Source: Ylistrum balloti | Lineage: Eukaryota | DNA length: 64,000 nt | Assembly: GCF_031769215.1 (NCBI RefSeq) | Contig: NW_026782432.1 | Coordinates: 186,001-250,000 of the forward strand | Direction: 5' to 3' | Shown: positions 48,721 to 62,094 of the stretch, in pieces | Numbering within the stretch: position 1 is the first letter of the stretch | Layout of the letters: every line of letters starts with the position of its first letter | Notes under the pieces: generated by a model | Told to the model about the DNA's origin: nothing | Database searches by the model: none | What the model saw: the letters and a program-made list of their open reading frames with translations, nothing else | Program-made: the position numbers and the translations under genes

Positions 48721-49960
48721 TCGCTAGAGATTGCTCAGGGACCATAAAAGTGGATAATTATGTATAAAATATACTTTCAATAGACAAAAATAACCATGTG
48801 AATAGTATGTGTTTAAGGGCGGATGCTCCGAAACCCAAGTCAATATTTCTATTTTTCTGATAACAAGGGTTTCAGTCGGAGTTTTTCTGTCGTTATAGAT
48901 TTCTACCGGGTTTCACCGAGAACAATTAAAGCTGTGAATAAAAAAAATGTCATCCGGTTGAACGTATAAACAAATTTGAGTAGCCTCGGATGTGTGATGA
49001 TATGAAACACGTCATTTCTTTTAACACAGCTCCACAGGTTTGTTGTTAAAGTCAATTATGGAATAACAAGACTTAAACTGATGTGAATCACTTCCATGAC
49101 TCAAACTACACCACAGAGAACTGAAGCAAGTTAATTTGCTCTCGTGCATTGCTGAAGACAATCATGACATAAACGGATAATGTTTAGGAGTCGTTACAGT
49201 CACAGGGGACGGAGGCAAGATCATCGTTCTCGAATATAACAAATGATCAAGTAATATAGATGGGTAAGGGAATCAGTCCAGTCTCCTGTTGCTCTGTCTA
49301 TGCATAATTATTATATAAATACGGAGTCTAAAAATAAAACACCACGCTCATCGTCTCATGATAACCCCGTTTATTACAAGAGAGCCCGAAGTTCCAGTTC
49401 TTAGTTCTGTATAAGAGAATTGAAACTGGAACCAGTAACTGCTTCCATTTAACCTTAAACGAAACTGGAAACTAGGTCTCCTTAACTACAATGCCCAAAC
49501 AGAAACAACCCTTTGTATATTGTATATTTACATGGAAATGTGACCTTTGAATCGTCCTGGCATATATTGCCGATATAAATGACAAATGTGCAAGGGAATA
49601 TATTTATATCATGTCATTTGTTAAAGTTTAAATCGAACATTGATGTCATACCTATAAATTTACTTTTGCTGTTCCAATTCAATTTGATTGATTTTATTTA
49701 TCAGATATTTGTCAGTAAACGTTTCCAGATTATAAAAATGAAGAGGTAGATACTAATAAAATGTCACTTTCTGTAAATCTAGTTTTTGGTGTGTACACGC
49801 AGATTTCGAGATTGCTCCTACACAATGCAAACATATCATTCTGAGAAATATGAAATCCCACATTTAACAATGCTAGGCCTGTTTTTGTAAGAATTTACAT
49901 TCTATATTTTGATTAAAACCTTAATAATGGGATAATCTAATGAAAGAAAACATCACCCAT

Positions 49961-52900
49961 GGCCACCCCCGACAACGCTAACTGTCCCCCACCCCCGACA
50001 ACACTACCTCTACCCCACCCCTGACACCGTTACCTCTCCTCACCCCTGACACCGCTACCCCTCCCACCCCCCTGATTCTGCTACCTCTCCCCCACCCCTG
50101 ACATCGCTATCTCTTCCCCACCCCTGACACTGCTATCTCTCCCCCACCCTTGACACCGCTATCTCTCCCCCATCCCTGACACCGCTATCTCTCCCCCACC
50201 CCGGACACCGCTACCTCTCCCCCACCCTTGACACCGCTACCTCTCCCCCACCCCTTACACTGCTACCTTTCCCCCACCCCTGACACCGGTATCTCTCCCC
50301 ACCCCTGACACCCCTACCTCTCCCTCACCCATGACACCGCTACCTCTTTCCCATCCCTGACACCGCTACCTCTCCTCACCCCTGACACCGCTACCTCTCC
50401 CTTGCCCCTGACACTGCTACCTCTCCCCCAACCCCCGACACCGCTATCTCTTCCCCACCCTTGACAACGCTATCTCTCCCCCACCCCTGACATCGCTATC
50501 TCTCCCCCACCCCTGACACTGCTATCTCTCCCCACCCCTGACACCGCTATCTCTCCCCCACCCCGGACACCGCTACCTCTCCCCCAACCCTGACACCGCT
50601 ACCTCTCCCCCACCCCTTACACTGCTACCTTTCCCCCACCCCTGACACCGGTATCTCTCCCTACCCCTGACACCCCTACCTCTCCCTCACCCCTGACACC
50701 GCTACCTCTCCCCCACCCCTTACACTGCTACCTTTCCCCCATCCCTGACACCGCTACCTCTCCCCCACCCCTGACACTGCTACCTCTCCCCCAACCCTGA
50801 CACTGCTACCTCTCCCCCACCCCCGACAACGCTACCTCTCCCCCACCCCCGACAACGCTACCTCTCCCCCACCCCTGACACCGCTACCTCTACCATCCCC
50901 CTGATTCTGCTAACTCTCCCCCACCCCTAACACCACTATCTCTCCCTCACCCTTGACACCGCTATCTCTCCCCCACCCCTGACATCGCTATCTCTCCCCC
51001 TCCCCTCATACCGCTACCTCTCCCTTACCCCTGACACTGCTACCTCTCCCCCATCCCTGACAACGCTACCTGTCCCTCACCCCCGACAACGCTAAGTCAC
51101 CCTCACCCCTGATACCGCTACCTCTCCCATCCCCCTGATTCTGCTGCCTCTCCCCCACCCCCCGACACCGCTATCTCTCCCCCACCATTGACACCGCTAT
51201 CTCTCCCCCACCCCTGACATCACTATTTCTCCCCCACCCCTGACACTGCTATCTCTCCCCCAACCGTTACACCGCTATCTCTCCCCCACTCCGGACACCG
51301 CTACCTCTACCCCACCCCTGACACCGCTATTTCTCCCCCACCGATCACACCGCTATCTCCCCCCAAACCCAGACACCGCTACCTCTCCCCTATCCCTGAC
51401 ACTGCTACCTCTCCCTCGCCCCTGACACTGCTACCGGCCGCCCACCCCTGACACCACTATCTCTCCCCCACCCTGAAACCGCTATCTCTACCCCACCCTG
51501 ACACCGCTATCTCTCCCCCACCCCTGACACCGCTATCTCTCCCCCACCCTGAAACCGCTATCTCTACCCCACCCTGACACCGTTATCTCTACCCCACCCT
51601 TACACCGCTATCTGTACCCCACCCTTACACCGCTATCTCTTCCCCACCCTGACACCGCTATCTCTCCTCCACCCCTGACACCGCTATCTCTCCCTATCCC
51701 TGACACCGCTACATCTCACCCACCCCCGACACCGCTTTCTCTCCCCCACCCCTCATACCGCTACCTCTCCCTTACCCCTGACACTGCTACCTCTCCCCCA
51801 ACCCTGACAACGCTACATCTCCCCCACCCCTGACACTATCTCTCCCCCACCCCCTGACACGCTATCTCTCCCCACCCCCGACAACGCTACCTCTCCCCCA
51901 CCCCTGACACCGCTACCTCTTCCCCACCCCTGACACCGCTACCTCCCCCATCCCCCTGACAACGCTACCTGTCCCTCACCCCCGACAACGCTAAGTCACC
52001 CCCACCCCTGACACCGCTACCTCTCCCATCCCCCTGATTCTGCTGCCTCTCCCCCACCCCCCGACACCGCTATCTCTCCCCCACCATTGACACCGCTTTC
52101 TCCCCCACCCCTGACATCGCTATTTCTCTCCCACCCCTGACACTGCTATCTCTCCCCCACCCGTTACACCGCTATCTCTCCCCCACCCCTGACACCGCTA
52201 CCTCTCCCCCACCCCTGACACCGCTATCTCTCCCCCACCTCTGACACCGCTATCTCTCCCCACCGATCACACCGCTATCTCCCCCCAAACCCAGACACCG
52301 CTACCTCTCCCCTATCCCTGACACTGCTACCTCTTCCTCGCCCCTGACACTGCTACCGGTCGCCCACCCCTGACACCACTATCTCTCCCCCACCATGAAA
52401 CCGCTATCTCTACCCCACCCTGAAACCGCTATCTGTACCCCACCCTGACACCGCTATCTCTTCCCCACCATGACACCGCTATCTCTCCTCCACCCCTGAC
52501 ACCGCTTTCTCTCCCTATCCCTGACACCGCTACATCTCACCCACGCCCGACACCGCTTTCTCTCCCCACCCCTCATACCGCTACCTCTCCCATCCCCCTG
52601 ATTCTGCTACCTCTCCCCCACCCCTAACACCGCTATCTCTCCCCCACCCTTGACACCGCTATCTCTCCCCTACCCCTGACATCGCTATCTCTCCCCCAAC
52701 CCTCATACCGCTACCTCTCCCTTACCCCTGACACTGCTACCTCTCCCCGACCCTGACACCGCTATCTCTCCCCCACCCCTGGCACCGCTATCTCTCCCCC
52801 ACCCCTGACACCGCTACTTCTCCCATCCCCCTGACATCGCTATCTCTCCCCCACCCCTGACACCGCTATCTCTCTCCCACCCCTGATTCTGCTACCTCTC

Positions 52901-53416
52901 CCCACCCCTAACACCGCTATCTCTCCCCCACCCCTAACACCGCTATCTCTCCCCAACCCTTGACACCGCTATCTCTCCCCAACCCCTGACATCGCTATCT
53001 CTCCCCACTCCTCATACCGCTACCTCTCCCTTACCCCTGGCACTGCTACCTCTCCCCGAACCCTGATACCGCTACTTCTCCCATCCCCCTGAGATCGCTA
53101 TCTCTCCCCCACCCCTGACACCGCTATCTCTCCCCCACCCCTGACACCGCTATCTCTCTCCCACCCCTGATTCTGCTACCTCTCCCCACCCCTAACACCG
53201 CTATCTCTCCCCCACCCCTAACACCGCTATCTCTCCCCCACCCTGACACCGCTATCTCTCCCCCACCCCTGACACCGCTATCTCTCCCCCACCCTGAAAC
53301 CGCTACCTCTCCCCCACCCCTAACACCACTATCTCTCCCCCACCATGAAACCGCTATCTCTACCCCACCCTGACACCGCTATCTCTCCCCCACCCCTGAC
53401 ACCGCTACCTCTCCCT
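49961..53416. repeat. C-rich 26-27-bp minisatellite, about 3.4 kb
   Basis: CCCCTGACACCGCTATCTCTCCCCCA unit; minus strand GGGGTGGGGGAGAGATAGCGGTGTCAG. Confidence 0.97.
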
Positions 53417-53944
53417 ACATAAGACAAGAATACAGAGACAAGAATTTTCATTTCAATACCATGAACGATATTGTTTTATTGGAGCTCTGATACATACTCA
53501 ATCAAATCAAACTGATTGCATACATTTCGTGCGGCGAAATAATTAAACAAATTTTATAACACACAAGTTCATCAGCATATATCTACACGTTGTTGTTTTT
53601 GCGGTTCGTCTTGAAAGTTTATGTTTTCAAAAAATGTTTTATTTCATTTAAAATGGAAATTCTTTGCTTCCTCATTTTAATATGGTAGCAATCAACTGAT
53701 TAGCTAGAATTAAGGATCTCCGAGAGAGTGATGTTTCACCGTTTAGATTCATTATTTTCAAGTTCTTCTTTCCATTGGAGAATGAAAATATCTCTTGTAT
53801 TGCTCATCACTGTTCGGGACAAAAAAATTTTTTTAGATAGTCTGATTAATCACGACTTTTATATGATGACGAAGTCCAAGCCACGTTGTCATTTAACATG
53901 TGTGATTCACGTTATTTCGTCATAGTTACTATGGCAAATGAGTT

Positions 53945-54237
53945 TTCTAAATCATCAGAAGCGACTGGCTATTTCAAACATCAGAAGCGACAGAAGAGAC
54001 TGGCTATTTAAAATTTCAGAAGTGACTGGCTATTTTAAACATTAGAAGCGACTGGCTATTTTAAACATTAGAAGCGACTGGCATTTTTAAACATCAGAAG
54101 TGACTGGCATTTTTAAACATTAGAAGCGACTGGCTATTTTAAACATCAGAAGTGACTGGCATTTTTAAACATCAGAAGCGACTGGCTATTTTAAAATTCA
54201 GAAGTGACAGGCTATTTTAAACATCAGAAGCGACTGT
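53945..54237. repeat. ~26-bp tandem repeat AAACATCAGAAGCGACTGGCTATTTT, about 11 copies
   Basis: Directly visible. Confidence 0.92.
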
Positions 54238-54684
54238 CTGTATCATATTGTTTGACCATGTAAATGCACCTTAATTATAATAAAATGTCTATTACTTTAT
54301 TACAACTATTTTCCAGTATTTGGTGTTTTCTTCAAAGTAATTCAGTTTCAACTGTCGGTATTTTATTTTTAAACGAAATAATTCTCCCGAACATCAATTC
54401 CCAGTATTGGGTGTAAAATTCATCTTGTCAGAAACGTTGTATGCTTTTCATGTATCATTTCAGATTAATCGTTATTAGATTTCTACGAGTGCATGTGAAC
54501 CACCATTAAACCGAAATTCTTCTGGATACGGTGTTGTTTATTAGGTTTAAGTAATTCTTTAGGGAGCTGAATGTTTTAAAAAGAAATAAGAAAATTAACA
54601 TTTCTCGTTGATTAGAAATAATGGAAAGGAATGGATTTCTAATATAACAAACTATTGTAAACATACAGAAATTGCAAGATGTTA

Positions 54685-55010
54685 CAAGAGACAGAAAAAG
54701 ATAGAGACAAAGATAGAGAGGCAGACGGAGACATGGAGAAACAGACAAAGGCAGACAGAGACAGACAGCGATGCAGACAGAGACAGAAGATGACAGGCAG
54801 AAGCAGACAGACAGGAAGAGACAGAGAGATAGAATGAGACAGACAGAGAGATAGAAAGAGACAGAAAGAGAGATAGAAAGAGACAGACAGAGAGATAGGA
54901 AGAGACAGACAGAGAGATAGAAAGAGACAGACAGAGAGATAGAAAGAGACACACAGAGAGATAGAAGGAGACAGACAGAGAGATAGGAAGAGAAAGTGAG
55001 ATAGAAAGAG
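54685..55010. repeat. GA-rich compound microsatellite (AGAC/AGAT/AGAG)
   Basis: Directly visible purine tract. Confidence 0.93.
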
Positions 55011-55204
55011 TTTAGTTTTATATCATTAAACATCCTATCAATCAACCTATTAAACGTGACATAGTGACGTGATCTTACATATCCGATATATCAACAATAT
55101 AATCAACAAAAGGGAAACACATCCGGACAAATTGATGTCCATTACATAAAGAAACCAAAATATCCAGGAAACAAGAATCCATTGTACACAGAAATCAAAA
55201 TGAC

Positions 55205-55875
55205 AAGACAACAAGGGTTCATTATACACTGTAACCACAATATCTAGACAACAAGGGTTCATTTTACACTGTAACCACAATATCTAGACAACAAGGGTTC
55301 ATTTTACACTGAAACCACAATATCTAGACAACAAGCGTCCATGGTACACTGTAACCACAATATCTAGACAACAAGGGTTCATTATACACTGTAACTAAAA
55401 CATCTAGACAACAAGGGTTCATTATACACTGTAACCACAATATCTAGACAACAAGCGTCCATGGTACACTGTAACCACAATATCTAGACAACAAGCGTCC
55501 ATGGTACACTGTAAACACAATATCTAGACAACAAGGGTTCATTATACACTGTAACCACAATATCTAGACAACAAGCGTCCATGGTACACTGTAACCACAA
55601 TATCTAGACAACAAGGGTTCATTATACACTGTAACCACAATATCTAGACAACAAACGTCCATGATACACTGTAAACACAATATCTAGACAACAAGGGTTC
55701 ATTGTACACTGAAACCAAAACATCTCGACAACAAGCGTCCATGGCACACTGAAACCAAAATATCTAGACAGCAAGCGTCCATGATACACTGAAACTAAAC
55801 CATCTAGACAACAAGCGTCCATGGTACACTGAAACTAAAACATTTAGACAACAAGCGTCCATGGTACATAGAAAA
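55205..55875. repeat. 40-bp tandem repeat, about 16 copies
   Basis: ACAACAAGGGTTCATTATACACTGTAACCACAATATCTAG; spacing 55208 to 55248 is 40. Confidence 0.95.
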
Positions 55876-57009
55876 CAAAATGATTGAACTTACCTCGTCC
55901 TCATAATGTTTAATAGGATGTAAAAAAATTGTACCCAGTCAATTGTTTTAATTTTAAAAAAATATATATATACTTAAACTGACAATTACACTGTATTGTA
56001 AAATTGTAGATTACAAATCATTGTTATTGATCGGAACACATTGTAGATGTATATTGCTGATGTGACGGTGCTTCTTCATAATTGTTTGTTTAACCATCAG
56101 ATGTATATACTTTACACCACGGCCTGTTGTACTCATTAAACCGTGTTAAATAATTAACGGGATGTCAACGACAACAAAAAGAACAAAAAAACACCAAATG
56201 AATTAATGTTTTTTTAATTTTCACTGTAAATAACCTTTAATGTTATAAAACAGTTTTGTTCCATTTTTCATAATCAATACACCAATTAATGAGAATTATT
56301 TCCTCCATAATTGAATCACGTGCTTTTCCGTTATTGGCCTGCACTTAATTAACTCTCCGTACTAAACAGTTCGGTGTGTGACGACTGGACGATAAATTTC
56401 CCGTTATATCATATTTCGCCCGTGAATTCGATATTCAAGCATAAATCATGTGCGCTGATGGAGAGAGTATTTGTTCTGATAAAAATAGTCGAACTAGAAA
56501 GAAGAATATCGGGTAATGTTGTTACTAGATCCACCGTTTATTGAATATTAATTACATTCGTGTCAATACACATTAAAGTAAAGAGATTGCGTGACGTCCT
56601 TGATTCCAATACACCGCTGCTGTTTACAGTAGTTACACACATAAATAGACTTTGTCATGCTATTTCATTGGAAAACCCCACCCCCACCCCCACCCGACCC
56701 CCTTTCTGACAATTTCTAAAGATATGCTTTTTCGACATTGACACAACAATACAGAAACACCAAGAATCTATATCAGTTGAGAAATTTGCGTTCAAATCCG
56801 ATTCGCGCTTGGTTGTGCTCATATAGTGTTGTGTTTACATTTATAAATTGAATAAACATTACAATGTCAGTGTATACAATCAATCCACTTAGTGAAAACG
56901 GGACTGCAGCAGTTATCGTAACATTTCGTTCTCTTCATCTTCTCGTCCCTTCACCCTTCTAATTTATTTATTTTGTTTATCTGTTTATTCATTATGATCA
57001 TTATTAATT

Positions 57010-57250
57010 GTTTGCCTTTTGTCTGTCCGTTCGTCAACAATATTTGTTATCACTATTTGTTCAGAAATATTCAATGGATATCTCTCAAATGTCATGCGAT
57101 GCTCCATTTGGTCTCTCCTTTCGCCCTTTTGATTTTGGGACTGATGAGAAGATACATAACGGATCCCAGGTGGCGATTTTTGATTTGGCAGGTAAAGATT
57201 ATCATTTGGCGCTAAGACACCCCCCCCAAACAAAGATTAAATTACCAATT
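57010..57250 (-). mobile_element. Second, inverted copy of the 14543-14825 dispersed repeat
   Basis: Reverse-complement match over more than 200 bp. Confidence 0.7.
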
Positions 57251-57319
57251 TTATTTTTTAAATGGTATAATGATAAAAAGCTTCTTCTTGTGGACAAACC
57301 AATTTCATTTTTAAAAGCA

Positions 57320-57620
57320 GATTGAAATTAGAGCATTATTTGGTAAAGTTATATGCTGAAGAAACGAGAATATTCTGTAGATTTAGAACATCCAATAATT
57401 TAACATTCTGGCCTGTGAAACAGGTGTGCCTCGAGAGAGTAGAATATGCCCTCTTTGTATGTTGTATATAGGTGACGAGTACCATTACCTTTACAGATGT
57501 AAGAATGAATTGATAAAAGAAATACGTCACAAATACATTCCTGAACATTATCTCAAAAATTCTAGTATAACTAATTGTAATGTTACACTTATCAAGAAAG
57601 TTGTCAAATTCTTATAAAAA
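57320..57620 (+). mobile_element. 3' fragment of a non-LTR retrotransposon ORF2 with CCHC zinc knuckle
   Basis: EHYLVKL..RIFCRFRTSN, then after a frameshift PRESRICPLCMLYIGDEYHYLYRC..IRHKYIPEHY. Confidence 0.75.
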
Positions 57621-58049
57621 TCTAAAAAAAAAAACCCCAACAATTTTACAGTTGGTGTTGCATGCAACACTACGACGTCCCCGCCGTTAATTAAATTTTT
57701 CTAAGGAACATAGATTTTGATAGTCATGAACAAATTGCTAATTCTATCAATTGAAATCTTCCCACCTAAAACTCTTGACAGGAAGTACGCATAAACAAGA
57801 AAATAATGCGAAATAAACTTAATAAGCACTCCCTTGTGATTAATACTGTATGAAGTTTTAACCGAGTTTGTCATCCCTAATTCAACTAAGTGATTATCTG
57901 GAACACAAACCAAAACACTTACATATCAGAAAGGACCCGGCTTTGTGTCTGACCTTTTAGGATATTTAAAATAGCAAGCTAAAAGCAGTTTGAAAATAAG
58001 TTCTGTCTTACACATGCAAATGGAGCTTACATGAAAATTGATATGGTAT

Positions 58050-58967
58050 ATTACAAATTCTGCTAAATGTTCTTGTTCATTACTCAATAACCAAAAGCCC
58101 CAGGGCTCTGATAATGTGCCTGTAGCAGAATGGGATAAAGAAACACCAAGTTTGTCAATATGAATGACCTTGATCCACTTTCAAGGTCACACGTATCAAA
58201 TATGTCATAATCTTTAAATAACTTTTTATCAATAACCAAAGGCCCATGTTGCTGAAATTAGGCCTGTAGACAAAGGGATACCAAGGTTGTTTATATTATT
58301 GACCTTCACCTACTTTCAAGGTCACAAGCGTCAAATATGTCAAAATCTTTAAACAGCTTCTTAGTAAACAAAAGGCCTGGGATGCTGATATTGGGCATTT
58401 AGCATGTTTGAAAAAAATAATGACCTTGACCCATTTTCAAGGTCACAGGGATAAATGTTTAAAAATATTTAAAAGATTTCTTTTCAATATCCAAAAAGCC
58501 CAAAGTTTTGATAACAGGCCCGTATTATACTGGAATAAAAAGTTATCAATTATGTTCATGTTATTTAAATTTTCACTTTTTAAAGGTCACAAGGGTCAAA
58601 TTTGTTATCATTTTTAACGACTTCTTGTTACTAACAAAGAGGTCAATGCTGTTGATTTTGGTTTTTCAATGTAAGTGGATGAAAGATCATCGTTTTGTTT
58701 AAATAATAGACCTTGACCTTTATTCAAGATCTTTTGGGTTAAGTGAGTTGAGATTTTTTTTTTCAATAAGCAATAGATTCGGAATAATAGCATTTGTGTA
58801 GTAGCATGTATACAAAATATAATGTTAAGTTTGCAGAAAATGTTTTATGACCAAACAGTATCTTTTTACGCTGTAGAGTAGTTGAGCAGTTTATCTTAGG
58901 CTTATTGGTCCCTTTCATATATAGGTCTATATATTCAGATGACCTAAGGCCCATGGGCCTCCTGTTT
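58050..58967. mobile_element. HINE-like element with an internal diverged ~120-bp tandem unit
   Basis: Repeated TGACCTT(G)A..TTCAAGGTCA motif and terminal palindrome AGGCCCATGGGCCT (58947-58960) followed by CCTGTT. A related fragment at about 59040-59520 ends TCAGGTGACTGTTAAAGCCATTGGGTCTT. Confidence 0.6.
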
Positions 58968-59852
58968 ATAAAACATTGGTTGGGTAGTTATTACTGAAAT
59001 TAAACAGCATTTCATACTAGATAGTAAAACGTTGTAAAGAATGTCTTGCATTTTGCCCATCTATTAAATAAACAATTTACATTTTATTTTACTTCTTTTT
59101 GAAAAACCCTGAGCCAATTTTAGTGAAATTTGGTAGATATTTTCATGGCCAATGGTTAACCAAATGACTGAATTACAATGTCTCCGACCTAGGGGACTGG
59201 GGCGGTGTTGAATTGATTCCAATTTTCGAAAATCTCCTTATCACTCAGATATGGAAGAATCAAATACTTTTCATAGATGGAAGAGTTTTTGAGATGCTTT
59301 AACCCAAATAATGTATTTCGTGATCCTTGCATTTTTCCGTGGGGAGGGGTATTAAGTTGGAAGCTTATCTAGATTTTTTTCTCTCTCTTATTCAAACTCT
59401 ATTAGAATCCATAATATAAGATAACAGTTAACTATGTTAACAAGATGATTTATGTGATATATATAACACAAACAATGTTTATGGAATTCAGGTGACTGTT
59501 AAAGCCATTGGGTCTTTTCTTTTATCAAGACACCATCATGCAGTGTTGACATTTTGATTGAAGAATTAGAAGATTTGATATATGGGTTAGGTTGCTACCA
59601 AATAGTTCTACATTTTTTGGAATTCTTTTATTGTGTCCACATCTGGAAAAGTAGGTTTTCATTTTTAGATCATCTGACCGTGGGTAAGGTTTTTGTAGTC
59701 AGATCTCTTGTCTGTTTGTTGAAAATTTGAATTTACAATTATGTACGAATACCTTTGTTTATGTGTGTTCATGAATGTAATTTGATCTTTACATTCACAC
59801 TCTGAACCTGTATTGAAACTTCAACCAAAGTGTTGTTTTCTTTGTACCATGA

Positions 59853-60076
59853 TTATCAATATCTGAGGCGATTCGTCCTGTTATCAATATCTGAGGCGAT
59901 TCGTCCGGTTATCAATATCTGAGGCGATTCGTCCGGGTATCAATATCTGAGGCGATTCGTCCGGTTATCAATATCTGAGGCGATTCGTCCGGTTATCAAT
60001 ATCTGAGGCGATTCGACCTGTTATCAATATCTGAGGTGATTCGTCCGGTAATCAATATCTGAGGCGATTCGTCCGT
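59853..60076. repeat. 28-bp tandem repeat, 8 copies
   Basis: TTATCAATATCTGAGGCGATTCGTCCGG at 59853, 59881, 59909 and onward, with no spacers. Confidence 0.95.
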
Positions 60077-62094
60077 GACGTTTGGGATGACTTGTACATA
60101 ATTGTGAGCATCAGCTGTTCCAAACTGTCCGTGAAGTCTAAAATGACCTGTCCATAATCCACCATACCTTTAACAAAGAAACAAATTATAATTCATTCTG
60201 TCATGGAAACTTTGACAAATATATTGTATTGGAAAAATGTCAGTTATCATATATTCGAAGCATTATTCGTGCATGTGGTGTATTTTAATATTTGTTCCAC
60301 ATATTGACGTGGTGCATTTTTTTTATTATTGACAAAGGTGATACGGGGTGCACCTTGTATATTTGGATTAATGTCCTCACACATACGGTTTTAAAAGGTG
60401 CATAACAAAAGTGCTCTTTGTACTTTTTGCAGCTCACATATCGAAATATGCACAACTACCTCTCCAACCGTCTGTCTGTCTGTCTGTGCGTGCGTGCGTG
60501 CGGTTATAAGTTGTAATAGCTTATGCCTTATTAAATTGTAACATTTTTCAATAAATTACGTTTAAACAAAACCAATCCCCCAGATTTTTTTGCTGTGTGA
60601 TGGAAGTGATATGCTGTTATGCTGTCCGTAACAGTAAAACTACCTAATCATCACACAGTTCTCAGTTTCGCCATCTTCGAGATTTCATGACATTTGAGTT
60701 GGACATAGGACACTAGTAAATCATATGGTCTTCGAAACAAGATAAATTTAGGATTATCAAATGGCGGGAATTTCCTCCGTTGGTCTTAACTTAGGGGACG
60801 TTGGAACACCACACTTGATGTACCACCTCATTTTGAATATGTTGGATTTTTGTGTTTCTCTTCTTTATCAGAATTCTGTGCTTTAGTTTGTGTCTTCCTT
60901 GTATGACCTTGAATGGGTGTAAATTTGTATCAGGCATTTGTGTTCGTGTTAAGTATTTTCGGGATCGAGTCAGCCCTCATTACGTCATTTCCGGTCCAAT
61001 AGTTTTACATTTTTCACTACTTCTTCAGATAATTTAAGAGTAGAAATAACATGGAGCACATGTTACATGTTATGCACGATAAATAGTCACGTGACATTTG
61101 AATGAGATGAAATAGACATTACACGTCATCGCTATAGACTTGCAAGCAGCTGTGTGCGAAATGTATTCATTGATGTCTATCAAACTGCAATGGACAATTT
61201 ACATTAAAACGGTTCGATGAAATTGACATTAGTCATTATGAATGAGTAAATCGTTTTTCTCTGCACGTGCCGACTGTTACATGACCGTATCAGCATATTA
61301 TATATCACAAATCGCGGTATGTCTATTCAAATGTAAGGTGAACATTTTGAGAAAATCGACAATTTTCTACAGTACAAAATGCTCTAAAGATCAATTTTCT
61401 CGTTTTTATTGATAAAAAGTTTATTTCACGAGATTTAAAAGAGTTATGTTAAAACATGAAAGTACATGGCGACATTTGAACACGTACGCACGGCCCTAAA
61501 TTTAATCATGGTTTTGACTAATGGATTCCTGCTGATCGGGTTGAGCTTTTAAGAGGGTTGTCGTCAAGGGGATTTTTAATGTTATTAATTTTAAATTGTT
61601 GAAAGAACTTTGGAAAAAATATTTGTTATTTGATTGTTGTGTTTTACAAACATTTACAAACAGATTAAAAACAAAACCAGGGTTGTAAACTTGGAGTATG
61701 TGGATATTTCTAAAGCTACTGTTATCCAACGTCTTCTACACAAAAATGTCCAGACCATTTTAGATAAAATCTGATTGTTTGTATAAAGTCTCATAATATC
61801 TTCTACGGTTGATAAAATATCATTGATATTCCGTTATAGATAAGGTTTCTAGTGAATGTGTGTTTTAGTAGGTTCAGGTCAAAAAGCTTATTTTTACAAC
61901 TATATAGGCCAAACTTTGTAGGAATATCCATTTTAAGTTAATTTAAAAACGACATAAAATAAAACAAGATATTTTTTCTTGAAGTTAAACCCACCCTTCC
62001 CCCCTTTAAATCTTTAAACATATTTTTTTTTGGGGTGTGAAATTTATTTTGGAACATTTTCTTCAGGTTTGTAATGTCAATAGAAATTGAATAG

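Noticed and set aside
54506-55045. 179-aa Leu/Ser/Cys-rich ORF
   Set aside because: Translation of the GA microsatellite.
57655-57670. 16-bp palindrome GTGTTGCATGCAACAC; also a hairpin CATGCGG..CCGCATG near 63945-63966
   Set aside because: Short, adjacent to repeat fragments and probably element termini; not enough evidence to assign.
59853-60076. 28-bp repeat of CRISPR-like length (also the 24-, 33-, 37- and 40-bp arrays)
   Set aside because: Units are head-to-tail with no unique spacers; no cas genes; eukaryotic context.
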